The notes under the pieces are model-generated. The model saw only the letters and a list, made by a program, of their open reading frames with translations, was not told the origin of the DNA and searched no databases. A stretch of 46,360 nt of DNA from NCBI GenBank assembly GCA_947305535.1, contig CAMZDZ010000001.1, positions 1 to 46,360 on the forward strand. The letters run 5' to 3'. The stretch comes from an uncultured Fibrobacter sp. GTDB lineage: Bacteria > Fibrobacterota > Fibrobacteria > Fibrobacterales > Fibrobacteraceae. The position numbers and the translations under genes are program-made. Below, one piece after another: positions 7,235-16,887 of the stretch (positions within the stretch are counted from its first letter, which is position 1; each line of letters starts with the position of its first letter).

Positions 7235-9475
7235 ATGATTTTAAAACGTAGTTCCTTTATGCTGTTGAGCACCATGGCTATTTCTGCGGCCCTGCTCCTT
7301 GGCGCTTGTGGCGACAGCTCATCCTCGTCGGGCACAACCGAAGATGACGAACTCGGAGTGACTGACATCAAGGCGAAGTCCTCCAGTAGTAGCAAGAAAA
7401 AGAATTCCAGTTCCAGTTCCGATACGTCGGTGAAGGATGCGGAAGATCCTTCCGACCTCCAGGAATCCACGACTTTGGCTACGCCGACCGGTTTTGCCGT
7501 TTCCAGGCTCGCTCCGAGCGTCTGGGAACTGAGTTTCTCCTACGATGACAAGTCCGAAGCGGAAAGTTTTGTCGTGCAGCGTTTCGCTCCCGGTAACAAG
7601 TCCTGGGAAGAGTTCGACGAAATCGGCGCCGACATGACGCACTACCTGGTCGATGGTGATACCAATGGCGGCTTCTACTACCGCCTCGCCGCCAAGAACG
7701 ACAAGGCCCGCTCCGCCTACACGAAGGAAATCTTTGTGTCCGAGGAAATCGATTATGCCGAGGGCATCTCGCTTGCCGCACCTACGGCCAAGCCGAACGT
7801 TTCCGAGGAGAACATTCTCGAACTTGTGCTGACCGGGAACTACCCGAGCAAGAAGATTACGAAATCCGTGTACAACAAGGACTCCAAGGGCAAGTCCGTT
7901 GGTGGCGTGTTCTACCAGGCCCGCTTTGTGACGGGGACCGAGAAGAGCGTTGACACGATCAAGGTCTCCGCCGACCAGTCCTCCATTGCGAAGGAATTCG
8001 ACAGCGTTGATGAACAGTGCAACGCCTATGCCCAGATCCGCGTGGTGTGGACTGACAAGAACGGCGTTTCCGATTACGGCGAGTGGTCCGACCCGATGGG
8101 TACGAAGGCCGGAACGAATACCAACCTTGTCGATACCGAAAAGCGCTGCGATTCCAAGACCGTCGTCGATGACGAAGGTGGCGAATCTGGCTCCCAGGAA
8201 AAGACCAAGGTTGCATTTGCTGTCCCGACGAACCTGGTGGTGAAGAACCAGGATGTCGGCACCTGGATGCTGGAATGGGCATACAAGCCTGTGGAAGCCC
8301 GTCCGGAAGAAGGCTTCATTGTGCAGAAGCTGAACCTGGACGAAAGCAAGTGGGAAGTGTTCGATACCACCGGAACGGGTGTTTACCGTGCGATGATTAC
8401 TGGCCTTTCTGACCCGTACAACTATTTCCGCGTAGCGGCTTTCGACGACGACGGCATGTCCGAGTTCTCGACCGACGTCCTTATCGCTTTGACTGAGGAA
8501 GATGCCGAGGCCGTGGTGATTGCTCCGCCGACAGGCCTTGCTCTCGCTCGTATTGCTCCGAGCGTGTGGGAACTCAGCTGGCAGTACGACGTCTCGACCG
8601 ACAATCCGGAAAGGAAGTTCATCATCCAGAGCTCCAAGCTGAAGGACTTTGAATGGACTGACGTCGAAACCGGTATCGAAGGCAACGTGCGCTACTACCA
8701 CATTCAGGGTCGCGACAAGATCGAGACGTACTACCGCATGGCTGTCGTTGACAAGGGCGATACATCCGCCTTTACCGAAGCCATCCAGTTGACACCGGAA
8801 ATCGCGTACCGCGATTACATGGCGCTCAACGTCCCCGTCCCGACGACGAAGTTCATCAAGTACTACACTACGAACTACGAAGTGGACAAGGATACTTCCA
8901 CGAAGAACGATATCACGTACGTTGACGCTCAGGCGATTTACACGATTACGGAGAACTTTATCAGCAAGTACATCGCCGAATCGGAATACACGGATACGAT
9001 GTATTACGAGGCCCGCTGGTTCACCTCCTTGGAACACTATAACGATTACAAGCTGGATTGCGAAGGCAAGAAGACCTCCAACGGTTGCGATAGCTGCTAC
9101 TGGGAAGAAACGTTCCCGTACCAGGAACCCTCCATCACCAAGGGCTTCTATGAAAACGATATCTATGGCTATGGAAACAATGGTGCCAAGGATACCACGA
9201 TGTACAGTTACTGCAAGATTATATCCGGCTACAATCCGGCCGACCATGGCAAGATTTACGACTCGAATACAGACGAGACCGAAAGACAGGCTATCATCGC
9301 TACGGAAGTGGCCATGTCCAAGTGCCAGCAGCACTATGCACGCAATATTTGTGGCTACTATGTCCAGATTCGCATCGTCTGGACGGACAAGAACGGAGAG
9401 ACCGACTGGAGCGAGTGGACGCAACCTTTCAGCGTTGCTGACATCAGCGGTGCCTCCGACATCTGCGATCAGTAA
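7235..9475 (+). CDS. Lipoprotein with Ser-rich linker and fibronectin type III-like repeats
   Basis: Lipobox LLGAC, poly-Ser, three P.gl....W.L.W...F.vQ..YYR.aA modules. Confidence 0.8.
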   Translation: MILKRSSFMLLSTMAISAALLLGACGDSSSSSGTTEDDELGVTDIKAKSSSSSKKKNSSSSSDTSVKDAEDPSDLQESTTLATPTGFAVSRLAPSVWELSFSYDDKSEAESFVVQRFAPGNKSWEEFDEIGADMTHYLVDGDTNGGFYYRLAAKNDKARSAYTKEIFVSEEIDYAEGISLAAPTAKPNVSEENILELVLTGNYPSKKITKSVYNKDSKGKSVGGVFYQARFVTGTEKSVDTIKVSADQSSIAKEFDSVDEQCNAYAQIRVVWTDKNGVSDYGEWSDPMGTKAGTNTNLVDTEKRCDSKTVVDDEGGESGSQEKTKVAFAVPTNLVVKNQDVGTWMLEWAYKPVEARPEEGFIVQKLNLDESKWEVFDTTGTGVYRAMITGLSDPYNYFRVAAFDDDGMSEFSTDVLIALTEEDAEAVVIAPPTGLALARIAPSVWELSWQYDVSTDNPERKFIIQSSKLKDFEWTDVETGIEGNVRYYHIQGRDKIETYYRMAVVDKGDTSAFTEAIQLTPEIAYRDYMALNVPVPTTKFIKYYTTNYEVDKDTSTKNDITYVDAQAIYTITENFISKYIAESEYTDTMYYEARWFTSLEHYNDYKLDCEGKKTSNGCDSCYWEETFPYQEPSITKGFYENDIYGYGNNGAKDTTMYSYCKIISGYNPADHGKIYDSNTDETERQAIIATEVAMSKCQQHYARNICGYYVQIRIVWTDKNGETDWSEWTQPFSVADISGASDICDQ

Positions 9476-9493
9476 ATCGGAAAAGGTATAAAG

Positions 9494-9524
9494 AAAAGAG
9501 CGGGGCGTTCGCCTCGCTCTTTTT
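9494..9524. terminator. Bidirectional terminator between convergent genes
   Basis: AAAAGAGCGGGGC-GTTC-GCCTCGCTCTTTTT. Confidence 0.85.
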
Positions 9525-9541
9525 GTATCCAAAAAATTTTT

Positions 9542-11335
9542 TTATTTCTTCGAAATCGTCGCGATGACGTGTTCGGCGCCGAAGTTCGGGATGCCGATGG
9601 CGGTGAGGAACTTGCTCAGCGTGTGCTCGCTCTGGAAGTTGATGTTCTCGATGCGGAACCCTTCCTTTTTGCAGAGCGTGTAGAAGTCCTTTACCGTCAA
9701 GAGGCGGATGTTCGGCGTGTCGTACCACTCGTACGGCAGTTCCTTGGACTTGGGCATGCGACCGTGGAGCATGAGGCTTCCGCGGGTAGTCCAGTGGCCG
9801 AAATTCGGGAACGTGACGATAGCCTTCTTCGCGACGCGCAACAGCTCGTTCAGGAGAGCCACAGGGTCACGGATTTCCTGGATGGTACGGTTGATAATCG
9901 CGTAGTCAAAGCTGCCGTCCTTGAGGTCCGAGATGCCGCGGTCGTCCAGGTCGCGCTGGATGACCTGCACGTCCTTTTCAAGACAATCCAAAATGCCGGT
10001 GATGTTCTTCTCGATGCCGAATCCGGTGACTTGCTTCTTCTGGATAAGGTAATCGAGCAGGTCGCCGCTGCCGCAACCGAGGTCGAGCACGTGGCTACCT
10101 TCCTTCACGAGCTTGCCGAGCAGCTTGAAATCGCTCTCCTCGTGGAACACGGGAACCGCCTGCGTGCCTTGCTGCGGGATTATCTTCGAATCGAGGAAAC
10201 GCCCCACGGCCTTGCCGAGTTCGCCCACTTCGATGAGGAAGCCGTCGTGGCCGAACTGCGTGTCGAGTTCGAGGCTCGTGACCGTCTTGCCCACGTTGAG
10301 GAGCGCGCTCGTGATGCGGCGGCTTTCGTGCGGCGGGAACAGCCAGTCGGTCGAAAGGTTCACGTTCAGCACTTCGGCCTTGATGTCCTTGAAGGCGTTC
10401 TCTATGCTGCCGTATTCGGTTTCCAGGTCGAATGCGTCGGTCGCGTGCGCAATGTGCAGATAGCTGTTCGCGTCGAAGCGGTCCACGAATTTTTTGCCCT
10501 GGTAGCGCAGGTAGCTCTCGATGGGCAGCTGCAGGTCGAATGGCGTAGAATACGTGACGGCGTGGCTCTTGTTCTCCTGCGCCTGTGCGCGCTTGAACTT
10601 CTGTTCCATGCCGATGGCCGAAAGGTAGGTAATGTGGGCGAGCTTGCGTGCGTTCGCGAGGCCCACGTCGGGCTTTTCCGCCTTGTCGTAGAAGTCGCCG
10701 CCGTTGAAGTTCGGGTCTTGCGTGATGACGTCTCGGGCTACCACTTCGAAACCGAGCGCCTGGCTCGAGAAGCGAGGCGAACTCGCGATGATCACGATGC
10801 GCTTCACTTGTTCGGGGTAGTAGATGGCCCACTTCATGGCCTGGAAACCGCCCATGGATCCGCCCATGACGCAGTAGAATTCCTTGATGCCGAGGCCGTC
10901 AGCGAGTTCCTTCTGGGCGCGCACCATGTCGCCGATGGTGATGGTGGGGAAGGTGCTCCCGTAGGGCTTGCCCGTGCGCGGGTTGATGCTCGCGGGGCCC
11001 GTGGTGCCTTTGCACCCGCCTAAAATGTTGCTGCAGACCACGAAGAAGCGGTCCGTGTCGATGGCCTTGCCCGGTCCGATGAGTTCGTCCCACCAGCCGG
11101 GCTTCTTGTCGTTTTCGGTGTACCAGCCGGCGGCGTGCGCATCGGCGGTCAGCGGCGAGCACACCCATACCGCGTTGTCGGCGGCGGCGTTCAGCTTGCC
11201 GTAAGTCTCGTAACGGATGTTGAGCGCGGGCAGCGTCTTTCCGTTTTCCAGCACAAAACCGGCCTCGCCATAGTCCTTGACGAAGTCCTTCGGCTCCACG
11301 GGGCCGATGCTGGATTTATGCAAATATTCACTCAT
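9542..11335 (-). CDS. metX: Homoserine O-acyltransferase MetX fused to a MetW methyltransferase-like domain
   Basis: MetX: YETYGKLN, GWWDELIGPGKAIDT, GGSMGG, RFDANSY, GHDGFL; C-terminal MetW: VLDLGCGSG, FPNFGHW, GRMPKSKELPYEWYDTPNI. Confidence 0.92.
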   Translation of the reverse strand: MSEYLHKSSIGPVEPKDFVKDYGEAGFVLENGKTLPALNIRYETYGKLNAAADNAVWVCSPLTADAHAAGWYTENDKKPGWWDELIGPGKAIDTDRFFVVCSNILGGCKGTTGPASINPRTGKPYGSTFPTITIGDMVRAQKELADGLGIKEFYCVMGGSMGGFQAMKWAIYYPEQVKRIVIIASSPRFSSQALGFEVVARDVITQDPNFNGGDFYDKAEKPDVGLANARKLAHITYLSAIGMEQKFKRAQAQENKSHAVTYSTPFDLQLPIESYLRYQGKKFVDRFDANSYLHIAHATDAFDLETEYGSIENAFKDIKAEVLNVNLSTDWLFPPHESRRITSALLNVGKTVTSLELDTQFGHDGFLIEVGELGKAVGRFLDSKIIPQQGTQAVPVFHEESDFKLLGKLVKEGSHVLDLGCGSGDLLDYLIQKKQVTGFGIEKNITGILDCLEKDVQVIQRDLDDRGISDLKDGSFDYAIINRTIQEIRDPVALLNELLRVAKKAIVTFPNFGHWTTRGSLMLHGRMPKSKELPYEWYDTPNIRLLTVKDFYTLCKKEGFRIENINFQSEHTLSKFLTAIGIPNFGAEHVIATISKK

Positions 11336-11393
11336 ATGCATAAATATAGTAAAAAGAAACAGCGGACCGGTTATTGATTTTTGTTATGTCCGG

Positions 11394-12371
11394 TTATAGG
11401 GCTTGGATATCCTTGCTGTAGACCAAGTTCAGCGTAGCCTTGGCGCCGAGCGATTCCTTGAACTTGAACAGGGGAAGGTTGAGGTATTCGCCGCAATCCT
11501 CGGTCGAGATTCCCCACGAGAATTTCTTGAAGCCGTCCTTCGCGGCTTCGCGCATGACGTTTATGTACATGGCGGTCGTGGGCTGGAAGTCGCTGATTTC
11601 CTCGTTCGGGGCGATGTATTGCGCATGCCGGATGCTAGCTTGTTCAAAGTCGAACGTCATCATTCCCGCGACGAACATGTCGCCTTTCCACAGGGCTTGG
11701 AACTTGACTTCGTCCGCGATGCGGTTGTGGCGCAGGTCGAGCAGTTCCTCGAGCGAGTGGACCGGCTTTGCGTTGTGCTTGGCTTTCGATATGCAGAGGT
11801 GCCTGTAGAATTCGGGCATCTCTTCGTCCGTGATGTCGCGGTATTCGAGATCGAAGGGTATCGACTTGCGGAACACCGCGCGACAATTTTTCTCGCAGGC
11901 TTCAAGAGGATCTGTGTCCTGATCGAGCGTACAGTAGGCGCTGAGTTCGCTCTGTCTCTTGTAGCCGTTGTGTTCAAGGGTGTATTCGAGGAGCGCTGTC
12001 GATTCCTGTGCGAAGATGCCCGGCGTCGGGCGCATCTTGACGCTCTTGCAGATGCCTTTCAGGTAGCCTTCCGCGCATTCGATGATGTGCTGGACGCGCT
12101 CCGCGGTGTAGAAATTTTTCGAGATGACGGGTCCGCCAAAGGATGATCCCTGGTGCGAGATCCATTCGCCCGATTCTGTCAGGTTGCCTGGAAAGGCCGC
12201 GACGATGGTGCCGCTCGATTCCAGCAGGAACGAGACGTCGCGGAAACGCCCTTGCGGGTGGTAGTTCAGGAACCTGCGCGTCTGCAGGAACGTGCCGTTC
12301 ACCGATTCGCGCATCACGAACCGGTCCCATCGCGCTTCAAGGTGCGAATCGTATGGCAAGACCTCGAACAT
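11394..12371 (-). CDS. GNAT/FemAB-like acyltransferase of polysaccharide loci
   Basis: WDRFV..SVNGTFLQTRRFLNYH..RFRD.S, SHQGSSFGG, GISTED.G.YLN..LFKFKESLGA; start refined to ATG 12371. Confidence 0.8.
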   Translation of the reverse strand: MFEVLPYDSHLEARWDRFVMRESVNGTFLQTRRFLNYHPQGRFRDVSFLLESSGTIVAAFPGNLTESGEWISHQGSSFGGPVISKNFYTAERVQHIIECAEGYLKGICKSVKMRPTPGIFAQESTALLEYTLEHNGYKRQSELSAYCTLDQDTDPLEACEKNCRAVFRKSIPFDLEYRDITDEEMPEFYRHLCISKAKHNAKPVHSLEELLDLRHNRIADEVKFQALWKGDMFVAGMMTFDFEQASIRHAQYIAPNEEISDFQPTTAMYINVMREAAKDGFKKFSWGISTEDCGEYLNLPLFKFKESLGAKATLNLVYSKDIQAL

Positions 12372-12469
12372 GCGATAAAGATACAAAATAAACTTCGTGG
12401 AAAAGCGTTTTTGGGCTTTTCTTGCGGGGTTTGTACATTCGGGGGCCTTCAAAAACGTATATTGGGGAT

Positions 12470-12880
12470 ATGAATTGGAATGAACCGCAGATTATAGATA
12501 TCCCGATTGCCCATGACCAGCGCGGCAATCTCAGCGTTGTCGAGGGGGGCGAACTGATCCCGTTCGACATCAAGCGACTTTATTATCTGTACGATGTTCC
12601 CGGTGGAGCGACCCGCGGGGGGCACGCCCATCGCGCGCTCCGCCAGCTGATTATCGCCGCGAGCGGCAGCTTCGACGTGATTCTCGATGACGGGAAGAAG
12701 CGCACCAAGTATTCGCTGAACCGCTCCTACCACGGACTTTATATCCCCACGATGCACTGGCGCGAAATAGAGAACTTCTCTTCGGGGGCTGTCTGCATGG
12801 TCCTTGCCTCTGAACATTACGACGAAGCGGACTACATCTACGAGTACGACGAATTCCTCCGTGAAGTTTCTGCACCATAG
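12470..12880 (+). CDS. FdtA/QdtA-family cupin, dTDP-4-keto-6-deoxyglucose 3,4-ketoisomerase
   Basis: DQRGNLSVVE, PFDIKRLYYLYDVP, RGGHAH, VLASEHYDEADY. Confidence 0.9.
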   Translation: MNWNEPQIIDIPIAHDQRGNLSVVEGGELIPFDIKRLYYLYDVPGGATRGGHAHRALRQLIIAASGSFDVILDDGKKRTKYSLNRSYHGLYIPTMHWREIENFSSGAVCMVLASEHYDEADYIYEYDEFLREVSAP

Positions 12881-12884
12881 GTGA

Positions 12885-14057
12885 ATGTTGAAAATGAACA
12901 AGGTTCCGTTCTATTCGCTGGGCTATGTGACCGAAACTCTCGGCCGTGACTTGCTGTCGGCTTTTGGGAGCGTGCTCGAGTCAAACTGGTTTATCCGTGG
13001 TCCCCGTTCTGAACGTTTCGAGGGCGTCTTTGCCAAGTATTGCGGGGCGCAGTTCGGCGTGGGTACAGGAAACGGGCTGGATGCGCTGACCTTGATGCTT
13101 CGTGCGTCGATCGAACAGGGTTACCTGAAGCGCGGGGACGAGGTGATTGTCCCGGCGAATACGTTTGTGGCTACCGTGCTTGCCGTGTGTGCCGCGGGGC
13201 TTGTTCCCGTGCTTGTTGACCCGGACAGGGAAACTTGCAACCTGGACGTGTCCCTGCTGGAGGGGGCCTGCTCCGAAAGGACCCGTGCCATCTTGGCGGT
13301 GCATCTTTACGGCCGGCTTGCCGACATGCCTGCCATTTGCGAATTTGCGAAGGCGAAGGGACTGCTCGTGTTCGAGGATGCGGCGCAGTCGCATGGAGCT
13401 AAATTAGACGAGAGACGTGGTTCGACAGGCTCACCAACCGAGACGAGAGACGAGAGGAAGGTTGCGAGAAGCACTGCGGCTGCGTACAGTTTCTACCCGA
13501 CAAAGAACTTGGGTGCATTGGGCGATGCGGGAATGGTCGTGACCGATGATGCCGAACTGGCCCGGACTGTCCGCATGCTGGGCAATTACGGCTCGGAGCG
13601 CAAGTATGTGAATAAGTACGTTGGCGTGAACTCCAGGCTGGACGAGGTCCAGGCGGCCATCCTTTTGGAAAAGCTCCTGCATCTTGATGCCTGGAACGCT
13701 CGCCGCAGGGAGATTGCCGCACGCTACTGCTCCGAAATCAGGAACCCGCTTGTCAGGGTGACGCCTGTGCCTGCGAACCCGCTGTCGCATGTCTGGCATG
13801 TCTTCCCGGTTTTCTGCGAACGTCGCGACGAACTGCAGGCGTTCCTTTCTGCCCGCGGTATCGAGACGCTTGTCCATTACCCGGTTCCGCCGCACCTGCA
13901 GGAAGCTTTCACCGGCGCTTCGGAGCCCTTGCTCCGTCACGGGGCGCTTCCCGTAGCCGAAGAACTTGCACGGACCGAACTCAGCATCCCGATGGGCCCG
14001 GGCCTTGGCGATGACGATGTATCCCGTGTCGTCGAAGCGTTGAACGAATTTGTTTAA
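12885..14057 (+). CDS. DegT/DnrJ/EryC1/StrS aminotransferase (FdtB/QdtB-like)
   Basis: GNGLDAL, VPANTFVAT, EDAAQSHGA, SFYPTKNLGALGDAG, NSRLDEVQAA. Confidence 0.92.
   Translation: MLKMNKVPFYSLGYVTETLGRDLLSAFGSVLESNWFIRGPRSERFEGVFAKYCGAQFGVGTGNGLDALTLMLRASIEQGYLKRGDEVIVPANTFVATVLAVCAAGLVPVLVDPDRETCNLDVSLLEGACSERTRAILAVHLYGRLADMPAICEFAKAKGLLVFEDAAQSHGAKLDERRGSTGSPTETRDERKVARSTAAAYSFYPTKNLGALGDAGMVVTDDAELARTVRMLGNYGSERKYVNKYVGVNSRLDEVQAAILLEKLLHLDAWNARRREIAARYCSEIRNPLVRVTPVPANPLSHVWHVFPVFCERRDELQAFLSARGIETLVHYPVPPHLQEAFTGASEPLLRHGALPVAEELARTELSIPMGPGLGDDDVSRVVEALNEFV
13405..13457. repeat. GACGAGA heptamer array with nested REP-like element inside the aminotransferase gene
   Basis: TAGACGAGAGACG [TGGTTCGACAGGCTCACCAACC] GAGACGAGAGACGAGAGG; encodes LDERRGSTGSPTETRDER. 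Confidence 0.85.
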
Positions 14058-14060
14058 ATC

Positions 14061-15329
14061 ATGAATCGCGAATCTAAATTCTGGAAACTCGTATTTGGTT
14101 CCGGCGGCGTGACCGCCTGCAACGTGCTGCGCGCCTTTGTCGTGAACAAGCTGCTGGCCATGTTTCTGCCGCTTTCCACGTTTGCCTGTGTCGGTCAGTT
14201 GCAGAACCTCATGACGGTGGGGCAGGCGATGTCTTCGCTTGCCTTGCAGAACGGATGGGTGAGCCTTACCGCCCAGAACCGGGACAATCGTGAAAAGCTG
14301 CTCGGCCTCTGGCATGGCGGATTCAGGCTCACGGCGTTTGCTTCCGTCTTTACTGCCGTTGTCGCGGTGATTTTCTGCTTTGTCGCTCCTCTCGAAACCC
14401 TTTTCCCGGGAATTCATCCGCGGCTGGTACAGGCGGCGATCCTCTTCGCATTGCCCGGAATCCTCGCGATGAACATCGTTACTATTTCCTCGTCGGTCCT
14501 GAACGGGCTCGGCGAGTACAAGCGCTGGGCGCTGGTGGGGGTGGCCTCGTCGCTGCTCCAGTGCATCTGGGTAGCCTTTTTCCTTTATACGGAACGGTTG
14601 AGCGTCCTTTCGATTATCGCGACGCAATCCATTGTCGCCGGGTTCTTTGCGGCCCGCGTGGCCAGCACGGCCGGTTTCAGCTTCAGCGTTGTCCGCAAGT
14701 CCGCATTGGACGTGCGTTCCCCGTGGTTCGCCTTTTCCGCCATGGGAATTGTCCCCATGATATTGAATCCGGTCGTGCTGACCGTGATGCGCTCGTTTGT
14801 CGGTGCCGAGTTTGGCTGGGATGCTGCTGGTGTCTGGCAGGGGGTGTGGAAGGTCTCCGACTTTTTCGCATCCGGATTCTCCGCAATTCTGGGCGTAATC
14901 CTGTTGCCCAGGATTTCGGCCAAGCAGACGAAACGGGAATTCTGGTCGACATTCAATCCGGTGCTCTACAAGATGTTCGGCTTGTCGCTGCTTGTTGTCG
15001 CCGTGCTTTTCGCCTGCCGACACATTGTCGTCGCCATACTGCTTTCCGACGCCTATGCTGCCGTGGCCGACTATATGCCTATCCAGCTTGTGGGCGATTT
15101 CTTCCGCACGGGGGGCTGGGCCCTTGGCCTTGTGCTTGTCGCCCGCGGCGAGACGGTCAAGTTCCTGGTCGCCGAGGTGCTGAGTAACGTCTACCTGGCC
15201 GTAGGAACGGTCGCCTTTTCGAAGGTGTTCGAATTTAACGGCCCGATGATTGCGTATGCGAGCGAGAACTTCCTTTACTTTGTCGCGCTGTATGTCGTCG
15301 TGCGGAGGCTCAAATGGAATACTCCGTAA
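14061..15329 (+). CDS. wzx: O-antigen/oligosaccharide flippase (Wzx, WzxE-like)
   Basis: Polytopic membrane protein; GQLQN, GWDAAGVWQGVWKVSD, QLVGDFFR motifs. Confidence 0.85.
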   Translation: MNRESKFWKLVFGSGGVTACNVLRAFVVNKLLAMFLPLSTFACVGQLQNLMTVGQAMSSLALQNGWVSLTAQNRDNREKLLGLWHGGFRLTAFASVFTAVVAVIFCFVAPLETLFPGIHPRLVQAAILFALPGILAMNIVTISSSVLNGLGEYKRWALVGVASSLLQCIWVAFFLYTERLSVLSIIATQSIVAGFFAARVASTAGFSFSVVRKSALDVRSPWFAFSAMGIVPMILNPVVLTVMRSFVGAEFGWDAAGVWQGVWKVSDFFASGFSAILGVILLPRISAKQTKREFWSTFNPVLYKMFGLSLLVVAVLFACRHIVVAILLSDAYAAVADYMPIQLVGDFFRTGGWALGLVLVARGETVKFLVAEVLSNVYLAVGTVAFSKVFEFNGPMIAYASENFLYFVALYVVVRRLKWNTP

Positions 15330-16309
15330 CCAACATGTTCGCCGAAAAAATTGACGAGAATGTCTACGTGAAGGCTTTTGTGGAAGGGGCCAAGACGGAG
15401 CAGCGGGGAAATCCGCTAGAAGGCTCGACGCCGGGGACTCAAAACCCGCTCGTGTCGGTGCTCCTGGCGAGCTACAACCACGAACGCTTTGTCGAGGCAT
15501 CCGTCCGTTCCATCATGGAACAGCAGGGCGTCCCGTTCGAACTGATCGTCGTCGATGACGGCAGTACCGACGGCTCCCCGCAGATCCTCGAGCGCTTGCA
15601 GAAGGAACTGGGTTTTCGCTACGTGCATCGTCCGAATAAGGGGCTTGTCGCGACAATGAACGAACTCCTGTCGATGGCGCGTGGCAAGTACTTTTGCTCG
15701 TTCGCTTCCGATGATATAATGCCGCAGGGCCGCCTTTACGCCCAGAGCGCCTACTTGGAGGCGAACCGCAGCAAGCCCATCTGTTTCGGCCAGGTCGTGC
15801 GCATGGATGCCGAAGGCAATCTCGATTCCGGCCCGGACCCGCGCTACCTTTCCGGCGTGCCCGAGGTGACCTTTGCCGACATTTTCCTCGGGAAAAAGGA
15901 ACTGCATGGCTGTACCGAGATGATCGAGTGCGAGACGTTCCGGAAACTGGGCGGCTACAATGCGGATTTCGTTATCGAGGACTTCCAGATGATGCTGTTG
16001 TTCCTTTCCCGGTTCGAGCCGCTGCCTGTGCTGGATGCCGTGTGTTGCCACTACCGCACGCATTCCGCAAATATTTCGGCCCGCAAGGACTGGCTCTACG
16101 AGAATACGCTCAAGGTCATCGACCGTTATTCTTCGCACAAGCTTTACAGGCAGGCGGTCTGCATCTGGAAATCCCACTGGTTCTCGGCGCTTTGCTATTC
16201 CGACAAGAGAGAGGCCTTGCGCAAGCTGCCGCAACTCGCCACGTTCTCGTTCGCGTTTTTCAAACGTTTCCCGAAACTCTTCATTCCCAAGTGCCTGCTG
16301 AGCCGCTAG
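15314..16309 (+). CDS. Glycosyltransferase family 2
   Basis: LVSVLLASYNHERF, ELIVVDDGSTDGS, FASDD, IEDF. Confidence 0.9.
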   Translation: MEYSVTNMFAEKIDENVYVKAFVEGAKTEQRGNPLEGSTPGTQNPLVSVLLASYNHERFVEASVRSIMEQQGVPFELIVVDDGSTDGSPQILERLQKELGFRYVHRPNKGLVATMNELLSMARGKYFCSFASDDIMPQGRLYAQSAYLEANRSKPICFGQVVRMDAEGNLDSGPDPRYLSGVPEVTFADIFLGKKELHGCTEMIECETFRKLGGYNADFVIEDFQMMLLFLSRFEPLPVLDAVCCHYRTHSANISARKDWLYENTLKVIDRYSSHKLYRQAVCIWKSHWFSALCYSDKREALRKLPQLATFSFAFFKRFPKLFIPKCLLSR

Positions 16310-16322
16310 GCTTGCAAAGGAC

Positions 16323-16355
16323 AAAAAAAGACTCCGCATGAGCGGAGCCTCTTTT
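16323..16355. terminator. Bidirectional terminator
   Basis: A-tract, CTCCGC-ATGA-GCGGAG, CTCTTTT between convergent genes. Confidence 0.7.
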
Positions 16356-16372
16356 GAATATCTTTGACCGGA

Positions 16373-16876
16373 TTATTCTTCGGCGGCTTCTTCACCGCCT
16401 TCTTCGCCTTCTTCCTCGTCGGCGGTCTTGGCGATGGCGACGTTGCCGAGCAAGGCGTTCACGTCGATCGCGGTGAGCCCGGTGAGGGTCTTGACGTCCG
16501 TCTTCTTGTCCACTTCGACCTTGTCGTAGTAGGAGACGATGTAGTAGGCCATGGTCGCCTCGAACTTGCGGTTCTTCTGGGCGATGCTCATGTTGCCCTT
16601 GATTCCCGGGAAGTACTTGGATTCCATTTCGGCCATCTGCTTAGCCGTCTTCACGTTCTGGATGGCGTCGCAGGTCATGAGCCAGAGCGTCTTGTTGGTT
16701 TCGATGGACTCGTTCACGAACTTGAGAATCCTGGACGTGCCGTTGAAAGAGTTGCCTGTGGTCTTTTCGTAATGTTCGGTTGCCTGGGAGACGTAGCTGC
16801 CCTTCTGCATGATGACAGTGGCGAGGACCGCGAAAACGAGAACCGTGAGAGCGATGGTAATAGTCTTCAAATTCAT
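16373..16876 (-). CDS. Hypothetical single-pass membrane protein with acidic tail
   Basis: N-terminal TM helix, GGAG SD, EEEGEEGGEEAAEE tail, strong codon bias. Confidence 0.75.
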   Translation of the reverse strand: MNLKTITIALTVLVFAVLATVIMQKGSYVSQATEHYEKTTGNSFNGTSRILKFVNESIETNKTLWLMTCDAIQNVKTAKQMAEMESKYFPGIKGNMSIAQKNRKFEATMAYYIVSYYDKVEVDKKTDVKTLTGLTAIDVNALLGNVAIAKTADEEEGEEGGEEAAEE

Positions 16877-16887
16877 CGTGATTCTCC

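Noticed and set aside
7319..9532. 737-aa antisense ORF (also 13431-15500, 9569-11023, 41774-43060 and similar)
   Set aside because: Shadow frames mirroring genes with strong codon bias; no motifs, signals or plausible starts
11342..11393. SAM riboswitch or T-box upstream of metX
   Set aside because: Only about 55 bp of spacer, with a -10 box directly before the ATG; no aptamer motifs
15395..15450. Possible degenerate repeat insert in the GT2 N-terminus (EGSTPGTQNP)
   Set aside because: Periodicity too weak to call
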